In this document: positions 7,503 through 13,814 of the stretch, in pieces | Layout of the letters: every line of letters begins with the position of its first letter | How positions within the stretch are numbered: the first letter of the stretch is position 1 | DNA from: a virus | Lineage: Duplodnaviria > Heunggongvirae > Uroviricota > Caudoviricetes | IMG/VR virus record: IMGVR_UViG_2778261465_000003 | Coordinates: 1 to 13,814 of that record | Length of the DNA stretch: 13,814 nt | Strand: one strand, 5' to 3' | The notes under the pieces: model-generated | Database searches by the model: none | Told to the model about the DNA's origin: nothing | What the model saw: only the letters and a program-made list of their open reading frames with translations | Made by a program: the position numbers and the translations under genes

Positions 7503-7540
7503 TTGACATCATTGAGCAAATGAGCAACACTATTCGCATA
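7503..7540 (+). promoter_or_regulatory. Candidate late promoter (pR'-like) and Q-utilisation region
   Basis: Consensus -35 TTGACA at 7503..7508, immediately after Q and upstream of a hairpin plus T-run. No convincing -10 at 17 +/- 1 bp, so the call rests on position and the -35 only. Confidence 0.3.
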
Positions 7541-7541
7541 A

Positions 7542-7583
7542 GCTGCCGTTAGTGACTCTTAAGTTGCAACGGTGGCTTTTTTT
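7542..7583 (+). terminator. Candidate tR'-like intrinsic terminator
   Basis: 9-bp stem GCTGCCGTT / AACGGTGGC (two G.U pairs) with a 17-nt loop, followed by seven T. The large loop makes this moderate. Confidence 0.4.
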
Positions 7584-7587
7584 ATTT

Positions 7588-7662
7588 GGGTCAGTCGTAT
7601 AAAGGTCATTACGGAAGGCTGTTAACCTTCTTATCGTGGTTCGAGTCCACGCTGTCCCGCCA
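7588..7662 (+). tRNA. tRNA-Asn (anticodon GUU)-like, one acceptor-stem mismatch
   Basis: Hand-folded cloverleaf: acceptor GGGTCAG / CTGTCCC (T.T at pair 4-69), D-loop AAAGGTCA, anticodon stem GAAGG / CCTTC, loop CTGTTAA (anticodon GTT), T-arm CGTGG-TTCGAGT-CCACG, discriminator G, encoded CCA. Anticodon and T loops match E. coli tRNA-Asn as recalled. Confidence 0.6.
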
Positions 7663-7667
7663 AATAT

Positions 7668-7743
7668 GCTGGTTTAGCTCCAATGGTAGAGCGGTCGCCT
7701 TGTAAGCGAATGGGTAGCGGTTCAAGTCCGTTAACCAGCACCA
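7668..7743 (+). tRNA. tRNA-Thr (anticodon UGU)-like
   Basis: Hand-folded cloverleaf: perfect 7-bp acceptor GCTGGTT / AACCAGC, D-arm GCTC-CAATGGTA-GAGC, anticodon stem GTCGC / GCGAA (27-43 mismatch), loop CTTGTAA (anticodon TGT), T-arm AGCGG-TTCAAGT-CCGTT, discriminator A, encoded CCA. Confidence 0.7.
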
Positions 7744-7861
7744 TAACTGAGCCGTAGCCACTGGATGTCCTGAATTCATCAGTGATAGTTATGCTGCGGT
7801 CTTCTTTTTCTCCCTTCCCAATATAAGAACTACGCAATCCGTTACTGGCGGAGGCGTTGCT

Positions 7862-8077
7862 ATGAAATCAATGGACAAAATCTCAACTGGCATTGCCTAC
7901 GGAACATCCGCTGGTAGTGCGGGATACTGGTTTTTGCAGTGGTTGGATCAGGTCAGTCCATCACAGTGGGCTGCGATTGGGGTGCTTGGAAGCCTTGTGT
8001 TGGGCTTTCTCACCTATCTGACAAATCTGTACTTCAAAATCAGAGAAGACAGAAGAAAGGCTGCGAGAGGTGAATAA
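7862..8077 (+). CDS. S: Class II holin (phage 21 S21-type pinholin) with dual-start motif
   Basis: 71 aa, [71 protein letters not shown], matches phage 21 S21 as recalled. Met1-Lys-Ser-Met4 gives antiholin and holin starts; two transmembrane segments. Confidence 0.95.
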   Translation: MKSMDKISTGIAYGTSAGSAGYWFLQWLDQVSPSQWAAIGVLGSLVLGFLTYLTNLYFKIREDRRKAARGE

Positions 8078-8574
8078 TGCCTCCATCATTACGAAAAGCC
8101 GTTGCTGCGGCTATTGGTGGCGGGGCTATTGCTATAGCATCTGTGTTAATCACTGGCCCAAGTGGTAACGATGGTCTGGAAGGCGTCAGCTACATACCAT
8201 ATAAAGATATCGTTGGTGTATGGACTGTATGTTACGGGCATACCGGAAAAGACATTATGCTCGGTAAAACGTATACCAAAGCAGAATGCAAAGCCCTCCT
8301 GAATAAAGACCTTGCCACTGTCGCCAGACAAATTAACCCGTACATCAAAGTCGATATACCGGAAACAACGCGCGGCGCTCTTTACTCGTTCGTTTACAAC
8401 GTTGGTGCTGGAAATTTCAGAACATCGACGCTTCTTCGCAAAATAAACCAGGGCGATATCAAAGGCGCATGTGATCAGCTACGGCGCTGGACATACGCTG
8501 GCGGTAAGCAATGGAAAGGTCTCATGACTCGTCGTGAGATTGAGCGTGAAGTCTGTTTATGGGGGAAGCAATGA
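8077..8574 (+). CDS. R: SAR endolysin (phage 21 R21-like, T4-lysozyme fold)
   Basis: 165 aa. N-terminal signal-anchor-release domain rich in Gly/Ala ([20 protein letters not shown]) followed by a lysozyme domain ([18 protein letters not shown]...); matches phage 21 R as recalled. Start overlaps the holin stop. Confidence 0.95.
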   Translation: MPPSLRKAVAAAIGGGAIAIASVLITGPSGNDGLEGVSYIPYKDIVGVWTVCYGHTGKDIMLGKTYTKAECKALLNKDLATVARQINPYIKVDIPETTRGALYSFVYNVGAGNFRTSTLLRKINQGDIKGACDQLRRWTYAGGKQWKGLMTRREIEREVCLWGKQ

Positions 8575-8969
8575 AGATCCACTACAAGATAATTATCTTC
8601 GCGTTCGCGTTCGCATTGAGCGTACTGGGCGTCATCGTTTGGTCAGCAAGCCATTATCACGATAAGTATCAGGCGGAACGGCTACGCGCAGATGCTGCCG
8701 AGCAGAACGCCAACGCCGCCGAAGCGATCACCGCCAACGTCATTCGGTCTGTGAACATCATCAACGCCATTGCAGAGGCCAACCAGGATGCAAAGAACCA
8801 GATCACACTGGAGTCACAGGGAGCCCAAGCAGATATCAAAGTGGCTATTGAGAATGATGACTGCGCTCATCGGCCTGTGCCTCCTGCAACTGCTCACCGG
8901 CTGCGGCAATTCGCGGACAGTTTACGTACCGGTATCGGTAGTGCCTCTACCGGCAAACCTGACAGCTGA
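8571..8969 (+). CDS. Rz: i-spanin (Rz-like inner-membrane spanin)
   Basis: N-terminal transmembrane segment ([20 protein letters not shown]) then an Ala/Gln/Glu-rich periplasmic region; directly follows the endolysin; GGGGGAAG Shine-Dalgarno before ATG 8571 (track ORF starts at 8559). Confidence 0.8.
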   Translation: MKIHYKIIIFAFAFALSVLGVIVWSASHYHDKYQAERLRADAAEQNANAAEAITANVIRSVNIINAIAEANQDAKNQITLESQGAQADIKVAIENDDCAHRPVPPATAHRLRQFADSLRTGIGSASTGKPDS

Positions 8970-9111
8970 GACGCAACAGCCAGCCATTCCCGAACCGCTG
9001 ACCTATGGGGCCAGTCTGGAGCTGAATGTTAGCCTGCTATCGGCGCTGGGTCAGTGCAACATCGATAAGGCTAGTATCAGGAAGATTGAAGAGTCTCGGA
9101 CCTCTCTGTAG
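8854..9111 (+). CDS. Rz1: o-spanin (Rz1-like outer-membrane lipoprotein), overlapped architecture
   Basis: +1 frame starting inside Rz: [17 protein letters not shown] with lipobox LTGC, then a Pro-rich mature region ([20 protein letters not shown]). Runs 142 nt past the Rz stop. Confidence 0.75.
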   Translation: MMTALIGLCLLQLLTGCGNSRTVYVPVSVVPLPANLTAETQQPAIPEPLTYGASLELNVSLLSALGQCNIDKASIRKIEESRTSL

Positions 9112-9147
9112 AAGACTATTTTGCTGCCATGAAGAAGCTTTATATCT

Positions 9148-9177
9148 TTGGTCAATACATCGAACAGATCAGATAAT
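9148..9177 (+). promoter_or_regulatory. Candidate sigma70 promoter for the protease gene
   Basis: TTGGTC, 18-bp spacer, GATAAT in the AT-rich spacer after Rz1, about 55 nt upstream of the protease ATG. Confidence 0.35.
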
Positions 9178-9231
9178 TCTTATGTGATTGATGCTATATT
9201 TATCCCCTATTTAAACATGGGAGTTACGGAT

Positions 9232-10032
9232 ATGTCTGTCAGTCAAGATATTTATAAGTCTACACTTAGAGTTGAAAGTGATACTCCAGAGGGAACCTCG
9301 GTAGGAACTGCTTTCTGGTTTTGCTTTGTTATGGAAGGTGGTGAAGATATTGTTCCACTCTTGGTAACTAATAAGCATGTTGTTAACGGGGCAACAGAAG
9401 TTAGACTACGTCTAAACATTACCGACAGCGCAAATCCTGAGATAAAATTTTATAACCTAACAATTTCAGAGGGGGCAAATGCGTTCATTATGCACCCTGA
9501 TGATAATGTTGATATATGCATATTGCCTATCGCTGGATTGCTGAATGAGATGGAGAAAAGTGGCATTAGCCCAGAACTCTTCTTTTTCACAGATCGTCAG
9601 ATGCGTGGTAACAATTACATTACTCCTGTCGAAGATGTTTACATGACAGGATATCCAAATGGATTATGGGATTCTGTAAACAATAGGCCTGTTACCAGGA
9701 AAGGCATCACAGCATCATCACCTATGGAAAACTGGAAGGGTAAGCCTGAATTCCTCATTGATATGGCTTGTTTCGGTGGTTCTAGCGGTTCTCCCGTTTA
9801 TATAATGAACCAAGGCTCATATGCTACTAATGATGGTATTGCTATGGGGGAGAGATTAATTTTCCTTGGGTTGTTGTATGCAGGGCCAGTAACGAATGTT
9901 AGCGGGAATATTGAAATTATTGACGTACCAACAGTCGCTACACCAGTTGTGCGTTCTGAAATTACAATGAATCTCGGATTTGTTATTAAAGCAGAGAAGC
10001 TAAATGACTTTAAGCCTCTCTTGGGGATTTAA
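9232..10032 (+). CDS. Cytoplasmic trypsin-like serine protease (chymotrypsin fold, Trypsin_2-like), AT-rich accessory gene
   Basis: 266 aa from ATG 9232 (GGGAG Shine-Dalgarno 8 nt upstream; track ORF starts at a TTG at 9148). Catalytic triad in canonical order and context: His in LLVTNKHVV, Asp in DDNVDICILPIAG, Ser in GGSSGSPVY. No signal peptide or transmembrane segment. GC clearly lower than the flanking phage genes. Confidence 0.75.
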   Translation: MSVSQDIYKSTLRVESDTPEGTSVGTAFWFCFVMEGGEDIVPLLVTNKHVVNGATEVRLRLNITDSANPEIKFYNLTISEGANAFIMHPDDNVDICILPIAGLLNEMEKSGISPELFFFTDRQMRGNNYITPVEDVYMTGYPNGLWDSVNNRPVTRKGITASSPMENWKGKPEFLIDMACFGGSSGSPVYIMNQGSYATNDGIAMGERLIFLGLLYAGPVTNVSGNIEIIDVPTVATPVVRSEITMNLGFVIKAEKLNDFKPLLGI

Positions 10033-10037
10033 CACAA

Positions 10038-10059
10038 GCCGCCTCCGGACGGTTTTTTT
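10038..10059 (+). terminator. Possible weak intrinsic terminator after the protease gene
   Basis: Imperfect GC hairpin (CCGCC..GGACGG) followed by seven T, beginning 6 nt after the protease stop. Confidence 0.4.
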
Positions 10060-10071
10060 ATTGCTATTACA

Positions 10072-10097
10072 AAAGCCACTCCATGCCGAGTGGCTTT
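10072..10097. repeat. Perfect 10-bp inverted repeat (stem-loop)
   Basis: AAAGCCACTC-catgcc-GAGTGGCTTT. Could be a minus-strand terminator (short U tract follows on that strand) or a protein or RNA structural site. Confidence 0.5.
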
Positions 10098-10165
10098 GAT
10101 AATGGCTTATACCCTACACGGGATAACTTAACTGATATCCCAACAAGCGGATAAAGAGGTTCTCA

Positions 10166-10291
10166 ATGTCCGACATCTACCAAATCATGTTAACCACCCA
10201 AACAGGCGAAACCTTTACGGGTAAGATGTCACGACGTCAGCGTGAGCTGGTTAATGGCTTTATGCAGCCGGCTACCGAGATGGGCGAGTAG
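10166..10291 (+). CDS. Small hypothetical protein (41 aa)
   Basis: Below track threshold; MSDIYQIMLTTQTGETFTGKMSRRQRELVNGFMQPATEMGE, with AAGAGG Shine-Dalgarno 6 nt upstream of ATG. Confidence 0.35.
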   Translation: MSDIYQIMLTTQTGETFTGKMSRRQRELVNGFMQPATEMGE

Positions 10292-10380
10292 AATAACTCC
10301 ATTAGGAGAATGTGGAACCATTACACTTTGAGCCGTTAACTGATATTGATAAAGGTAAATAATATCGTGGTTAAGGTTTT

Positions 10381-10653
10381 CTAATAGCCAGCCATTTGCA
10401 AAATCACAGTTGCAGCAGCAGCGAAAGCTGCATATGAGTTATATTTAGACTGTAACCGCGCAGTTAAGAAAAATTCGTGAAGATCTACATTTTTTTGGGG
10501 ATCATCAAATGTAATTGCTACAACGGTGCTTCTACCTGTTTTGACTTTGGCTGTTGCTGATTTGATCCATAACCCAGCCGATAAAAAACCAAAGAAAATT
10601 GATAGTGTATGATGGTCAATTAACCAGTTTTTAATTAGTAATAAATCACTCAT
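10381..10653 (-). CDS. Small hydrophobic (putative membrane) protein, about 90 aa, AT-rich
   Basis: Track ORF 10381..10698, start taken at internal ATG 10653 because the track start lies inside terS. One clear hydrophobic segment (LSIFFGFLSAGLWI) and a hydrophobic C-terminus. An open frame this long is unlikely by chance in AT-rich DNA. Convergent with the protease unit. Confidence 0.45.
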   Translation of the reverse strand: MSDLLLIKNWLIDHHTLSIFFGFLSAGLWIKSATAKVKTGRSTVVAITFDDPQKNVDLHEFFLTARLQSKYNSYAAFAAAATVILQMAGY

Positions 10654-10677
10654 TTTCAATCCAATTGAGACTTTGCC

Positions 10678-11229
10678 ATGGCACTCACCGACAAACAAGA
10701 AATGTTCTGTCGCGAGTACCTCATCGATTTAAACGCCACACAAGCGGCTATTCGGGCGGGGTACAGCGCAAAGACAGCCAACCGTACTGCGTCCGAAAAC
10801 ATGTCAAAACCTGACATCAAGTTAAGAATCGCTGAACTGAAAGCGCAACGCAATGATCTTGTTGGTATTAATGCAGAATATGTACTTAATCGCCTTCTTG
10901 AAATCGACCAGATGGATGTGCTTGACATTCTCCTGCAAAACGGTGAGCTAAAACCCATTAAAGACTGGCCTAAGGTATGGCGCACAACGCTATCAGGAAT
11001 GGATGTCGTGGAGATGGTATCCGCAGATAGCGCCGCACTTCTGAAGAAAATCAAATGGCCTGATAAGGTTAAAAATCTTGAGTTGCTTGGGCGTCATGTT
11101 TCTGTTCAGGCGTTTAAAGACAATGTCAAAAATGAAGTGACTGGCGCTGATGGAGGACCAGTCAGAACAGAAATTACCAACTTAACGCCGGAGCAGGCTG
11201 CAGAGGCGTATAGAAAAATGATGGGCTAA
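10678..11229 (+). CDS. Terminase small subunit (Terminase_2-like, N-terminal helix-turn-helix)
   Basis: 183 aa; N-terminal [57 protein letters not shown] is characteristic of phage TerS; immediately followed by the large subunit. Confidence 0.85.
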   Translation: MALTDKQEMFCREYLIDLNATQAAIRAGYSAKTANRTASENMSKPDIKLRIAELKAQRNDLVGINAEYVLNRLLEIDQMDVLDILLQNGELKPIKDWPKVWRTTLSGMDVVEMVSADSAALLKKIKWPDKVKNLELLGRHVSVQAFKDNVKNEVTGADGGPVRTEITNLTPEQAAEAYRKMMG

Positions 11230-11231
11230 GT

Positions 11232-12194
11232 ATGCCGTTACCATTCCCCTTCGATTTTAAACATCCTGATTACCAGATGGTTTTTGAATGGCGGATGGAA
11301 CGCCTACAGCGCATTCGCCAGAATCCTGAAATATTGCCCGTGTTGAAGCAGTTTTACCGAACCAATCCGGCTCAGTTCATCATCGACTGGGGCATGACAA
11401 CGGACCCGCGTAATATTGATTATGGCCTGCCGGTAACCATTCCGTTTTTACTCTTCCCTAAGCAGGAGGAGTGGATCCACTGGATTATGGAACGCTGGAG
11501 CAATCGGGAGAATGGTATTACCGAAAAATCCCGTGAAATGGGGCTCAGTTGGACCGCGATCGGACTGGCCTGCTCGCTTTGTCTCTTCAACAAAGAAATG
11601 GTTATCGGTTTCGGCTCCCGTAAAGAGGAATACGTCGACAGCACCGGTGACCCGAAAGCATTGTTCTGGAAGGCGCGCAAGTTCGTGGAAACACTACCTG
11701 TAGAGTTTCGCGGTTCGTGGAGCGAGAAGAAGCACGCGCCATATATGCGTGTTGAGTTTCCTGAAACTGGTGCCGTTATCAAAGGCGAGGCTGGCGATAA
11801 TATTGGTCGTGGTGACCGTACCACGCTTTATCTGGTTGATGAGGCTGCATTCCTTCAGCGTCCTCTGCTGATTGATGCGGCGTTGTCACAAACGACGCGT
11901 TGCCGTATTGACCTGAGTTCAGTTAACGGCATGGCGAACCCGTTCGCTCAGAAGCGTCATGGCGGGAAGATACCGGTATTCACATTCCACTGGCGGGATG
12001 ATCCTCGCAAGGATGAAGAGTGGTATCGCAGGGAATGCGAGAAAATCGATAATCCGGTGGTGGTGGCACAGGAACTTGATCTGAACTACAGCGCATCAGC
12101 GGAAGGCGTCCTGATTCCATCCGAATGGGTACAGGCTGCCGTTGATGCGCATATCAAACTGGGTATGGTGCTGTTTCTAATGTTACCGGTGTAA
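11232..12194 (+). CDS. Terminase large subunit, ATPase domain only (C-terminal nuclease domain missing)
   Basis: 320 aa with a Walker-B-like [10 protein letters not shown] and TerL-like N-terminal half, but far shorter than an intact TerL of this type, which is usually well over 400 aa. The ORF ends in a short non-homologous tail where another frame takes over. Confidence 0.8.
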   Translation: MPLPFPFDFKHPDYQMVFEWRMERLQRIRQNPEILPVLKQFYRTNPAQFIIDWGMTTDPRNIDYGLPVTIPFLLFPKQEEWIHWIMERWSNRENGITEKSREMGLSWTAIGLACSLCLFNKEMVIGFGSRKEEYVDSTGDPKALFWKARKFVETLPVEFRGSWSEKKHAPYMRVEFPETGAVIKGEAGDNIGRGDRTTLYLVDEAAFLQRPLLIDAALSQTTRCRIDLSSVNGMANPFAQKRHGGKIPVFTFHWRDDPRKDEEWYRRECEKIDNPVVVAQELDLNYSASAEGVLIPSEWVQAAVDAHIKLGMVLFLMLPV

Positions 12195-12724
12195 CCCGCC
12201 ACAAACTCTATGAAAACGATAATGGTTCGGAGGACGGTAACGGGTTACCGCCACACTCTGTTGCTGTAATTGTGGATGGCGGTGATGTGACGGATATTGC
12301 TCAGGCTATCAGAGGGAATAAAGGCCAGGGAACAGCCACTCACGGTACAACATCCGTTACGGTTCCGGATAAATACGGCAATCCCCATGTAATCAAATTT
12401 TCGCGTTCCAGTGATGTGCCTGTTTATGCCCGGATTAAATTAAAAGTTTTTACGGGTTATACCTCACAGATAGGGCAGCAGATCCAGCAGGCTATTTCCG
12501 ACTATATCAATAGTCTGATGATTGGTGATTCGGTCCTTTTAAGTCGCATTTACTCACCGGCGAATCTTGGCGTGGTGAGTGGCGGGAATGCACGCTATTA
12601 CGATATTCAGGAACTGACGATTGGGAAATCCCCGGGGGCTTTGTCGTCATCAAACATTGATATCAGATACAACGAATCTGCGTCCTGTACCCCGGAAAAT
12701 ATCGTTATAACGGTGGAGTCATGA
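12146..12724 (+). pseudogene. Baseplate-J-like protein, C-terminal fragment (e14 JayE-like), no proper start
   Basis: Frame open from 12146, overlapping the TerL tail; only a GTG at 12272 is available. Tentatively resembles the C-terminal part of baseplate J family proteins; ATGA-coupled to the downstream tail gene. Confidence 0.5.
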
Positions 12725-13401
12725 GCAAATACACCGAACTAATCACGAACTACCACGCCACCAAACCTAAATTTCTTGCACATGTTGATCTGATGACCCG
12801 GCCGCTTATTGATGTTGCGGCTGCCACCAGAGGGCTGATTACTGCATTTGATATTGACTCTGCGGTTGGTGTGCAACTTGACATTCTGGGATTGTGGATC
12901 GGACGTAGCCGTGTTGTCAGCCAGCCTATTTCAGGTGTCTATTTCAGCTGGGATACCGACGGGCTTGGATATGATCAGGGTGTATGGCAGGGGCCATACG
13001 ATCCTGATTCCGGATACATGTACCTCAGCGATGAAACTTATCGTGTCATCCTTAAAGCGAAGATTGCGATTAATAACTGGGACGGACGGAATGATTCGCT
13101 TCCGGCAATTCTTGACGCGGCAACAGCAGGATCCGGACTGCGAATGCAGATAGTCGATAACCAGGACATGACGATATCGGTCTGGGTCTTTCCTGATACT
13201 GATATTTCAGATGTATCGCGTGAGTTAATTGCGGCAATTAAACAGGGGTATCTCACAGTAAAAGCCGCCGGGGTATGGGCGGGTGGCATTGAAACACCTT
13301 CGGTGGAAACCCCATCGGAAGGCTCAAAATTTTTTGGTTTTGATATGGATAACGAATTCATCAGTGGTTTTGATGTAGGAGCATGGGGAGTATTACTCTG
13401 A
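12721..13401 (+). CDS. Phage tail/baseplate protein, DUF2313 (YmfQ / Mu gp48-like)
   Basis: 226 aa; resembles E. coli e14 YmfQ-type tail proteins as recalled; translationally coupled on both sides. Confidence 0.65.
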   Translation: MSKYTELITNYHATKPKFLAHVDLMTRPLIDVAAATRGLITAFDIDSAVGVQLDILGLWIGRSRVVSQPISGVYFSWDTDGLGYDQGVWQGPYDPDSGYMYLSDETYRVILKAKIAINNWDGRNDSLPAILDAATAGSGLRMQIVDNQDMTISVWVFPDTDISDVSRELIAAIKQGYLTVKAAGVWAGGIETPSVETPSEGSKFFGFDMDNEFISGFDVGAWGVLL

Positions 13402-13814
13402 TGGCGAAAAATGACTTTAAAGCGTTTGCAACGGATCGAAATGCCAATGTTATATCGCAGGAGAAATGGGAAGCGTTGCCCGCGCTTTTATCTGGATTTA
13501 CAGCAGGGAAAGCCTCCAGTGCGCAAGTCAATAAGGTTATTCGGCAGGCCAGCTTTATTGCTGCAGCTCTGGCCCAGTTTGTAAGTGATAAAACGCAACG
13601 GGATGTGCTTGATAATGGTGATCTGCCCGGTTTTGTTGAATTGCTGGGATCGGGGTTTGCTGTTGAATACCTGAGCCGCAAGAATCCGTTTGGCGATATC
13701 AAATCGGATGGCACGGTGAAAACGGCTCTCGAAAACCTTGGTTTGGGAGAAGCGGCTAAAAGGAATGTAGGGACAGGGGCGAATCAGATACCTGATATGG
13801 GTAGCTTCACGCTT
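13401..13814 (+). CDS. Side tail fibre protein, N-terminal part (continues beyond the window)
   Basis: ATG at 13401 overlapping the upstream stop, GGGGAG Shine-Dalgarno; [60 protein letters not shown]... is typical of a tail-fibre N-terminal anchor region. Open to the window end. Confidence 0.7.
   Translation, partial: MAKNDFKAFATDRNANVISQEKWEALPALLSGFTAGKASSAQVNKVIRQASFIAAALAQFVSDKTQRDVLDNGDLPGFVELLGSGFAVEYLSRKNPFGDIKSDGTVKTALENLGLGEAAKRNVGTGANQIPDMGSFTL

Noticed and set aside
7631-7837. 68-aa minus-strand ORF
   Set aside because: Runs across the two tRNA genes and the conserved S-leader; a typical tRNA-antisense artefact.
7744-7861. Conserved leader between the tRNAs and the holin, considered as a possible small RNA
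   Set aside because: It matches the ordinary late-leader sequence upstream of S in lambda as recalled (CTGAGCCGTAGCCACTG...CCTGAATTCAT), so it is most simply the 5' UTR of the lysis operon.
8146-8331. 61-aa minus-strand ORF
   Set aside because: Antisense to the SAR endolysin gene.
10128-10346. 11-bp direct repeat TTAACTGATAT flanking the 41-aa ORF, considered as a target-site duplication or att-like repeat
   Set aside because: An 11-mer recurring within a few hundred bp is roughly what chance predicts in a window this size, and there are no inverted terminal repeats or transposase. Kept only as a note within a finding.
10656-11054. 132-aa minus-strand ORF
   Set aside because: Antisense to terS; Ser/Arg-rich composition.
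11420-11824. ORFs 11420..11824 (minus) and 11512..11703 (plus)
   Set aside because: Overlap the terminase large subunit in alternative frames.
12848-13714. ORFs 12848..13153 (plus), 13038..13361 (minus), 13361..13714 (minus)
   Set aside because: Overlap the DUF2313 tail gene and the tail-fibre gene; shadow ORFs.
1-13814. CRISPR arrays, IS elements or transposase genes, and the attL core
   Set aside because: No regularly spaced repeats, no transposase-like ORFs and no terminal inverted repeats were seen. The attachment site would lie beyond the int end (before position 1), outside this window.

Overview
This window reads as a degraded, mosaic lambdoid prophage in an enterobacterial (E. coli/Shigella-like) genome. 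Left arm, all on the minus strand: lambda-like int and xis, then about 4 kb of small accessory genes, most closed by their own intrinsic terminator (an 86-aa ORF, a 55-aa ORF, an AT-rich DUF2513-like gene, a Cys-rich 112-aa gene, an AT-rich secreted Cys-rich protein, a TraR/DksA-type zinc-finger protein and others). Centre: a scrambled replication-module scar (a plus-strand replication-protein-like tail abutting an inverted DnaB-like N-terminal fragment) joined to an N-terminally replaced ninG, then lambda-type Ser/Thr phosphatase, antiterminator Q, a candidate late promoter and terminator, two tRNA genes (Asn-GUU-like, Thr-UGU-like) and an intact phage-21-type lysis cassette (S21 pinholin, SAR endolysin, overlapped Rz/Rz1). 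Right arm: terminase small subunit, a terminase large subunit truncated at about 320 aa and joined straight to a baseplate-J-like fragment, a DUF2313 tail protein and the start of a tail fibre; the whole head and tail-shaft module is absent. The most interesting candidate for an undescribed system is an AT-rich insert between Rz1 and terS: a cytoplasmic trypsin-like serine protease with an intact H/D/S triad and its own promoter and terminator, followed by a 41-aa ORF, a perfect 10-bp hairpin and a convergent small membrane protein. Its position matches the lysis-terminase moron site, so an abortive-infection or exclusion role is a reasonable hypothesis, but that is inference only. All family assignments are from recalled motifs, not searches. 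Hand-counted coordinates of non-ORF features may be off by 1-2 nt; CDS coordinates follow the supplied ORF track.
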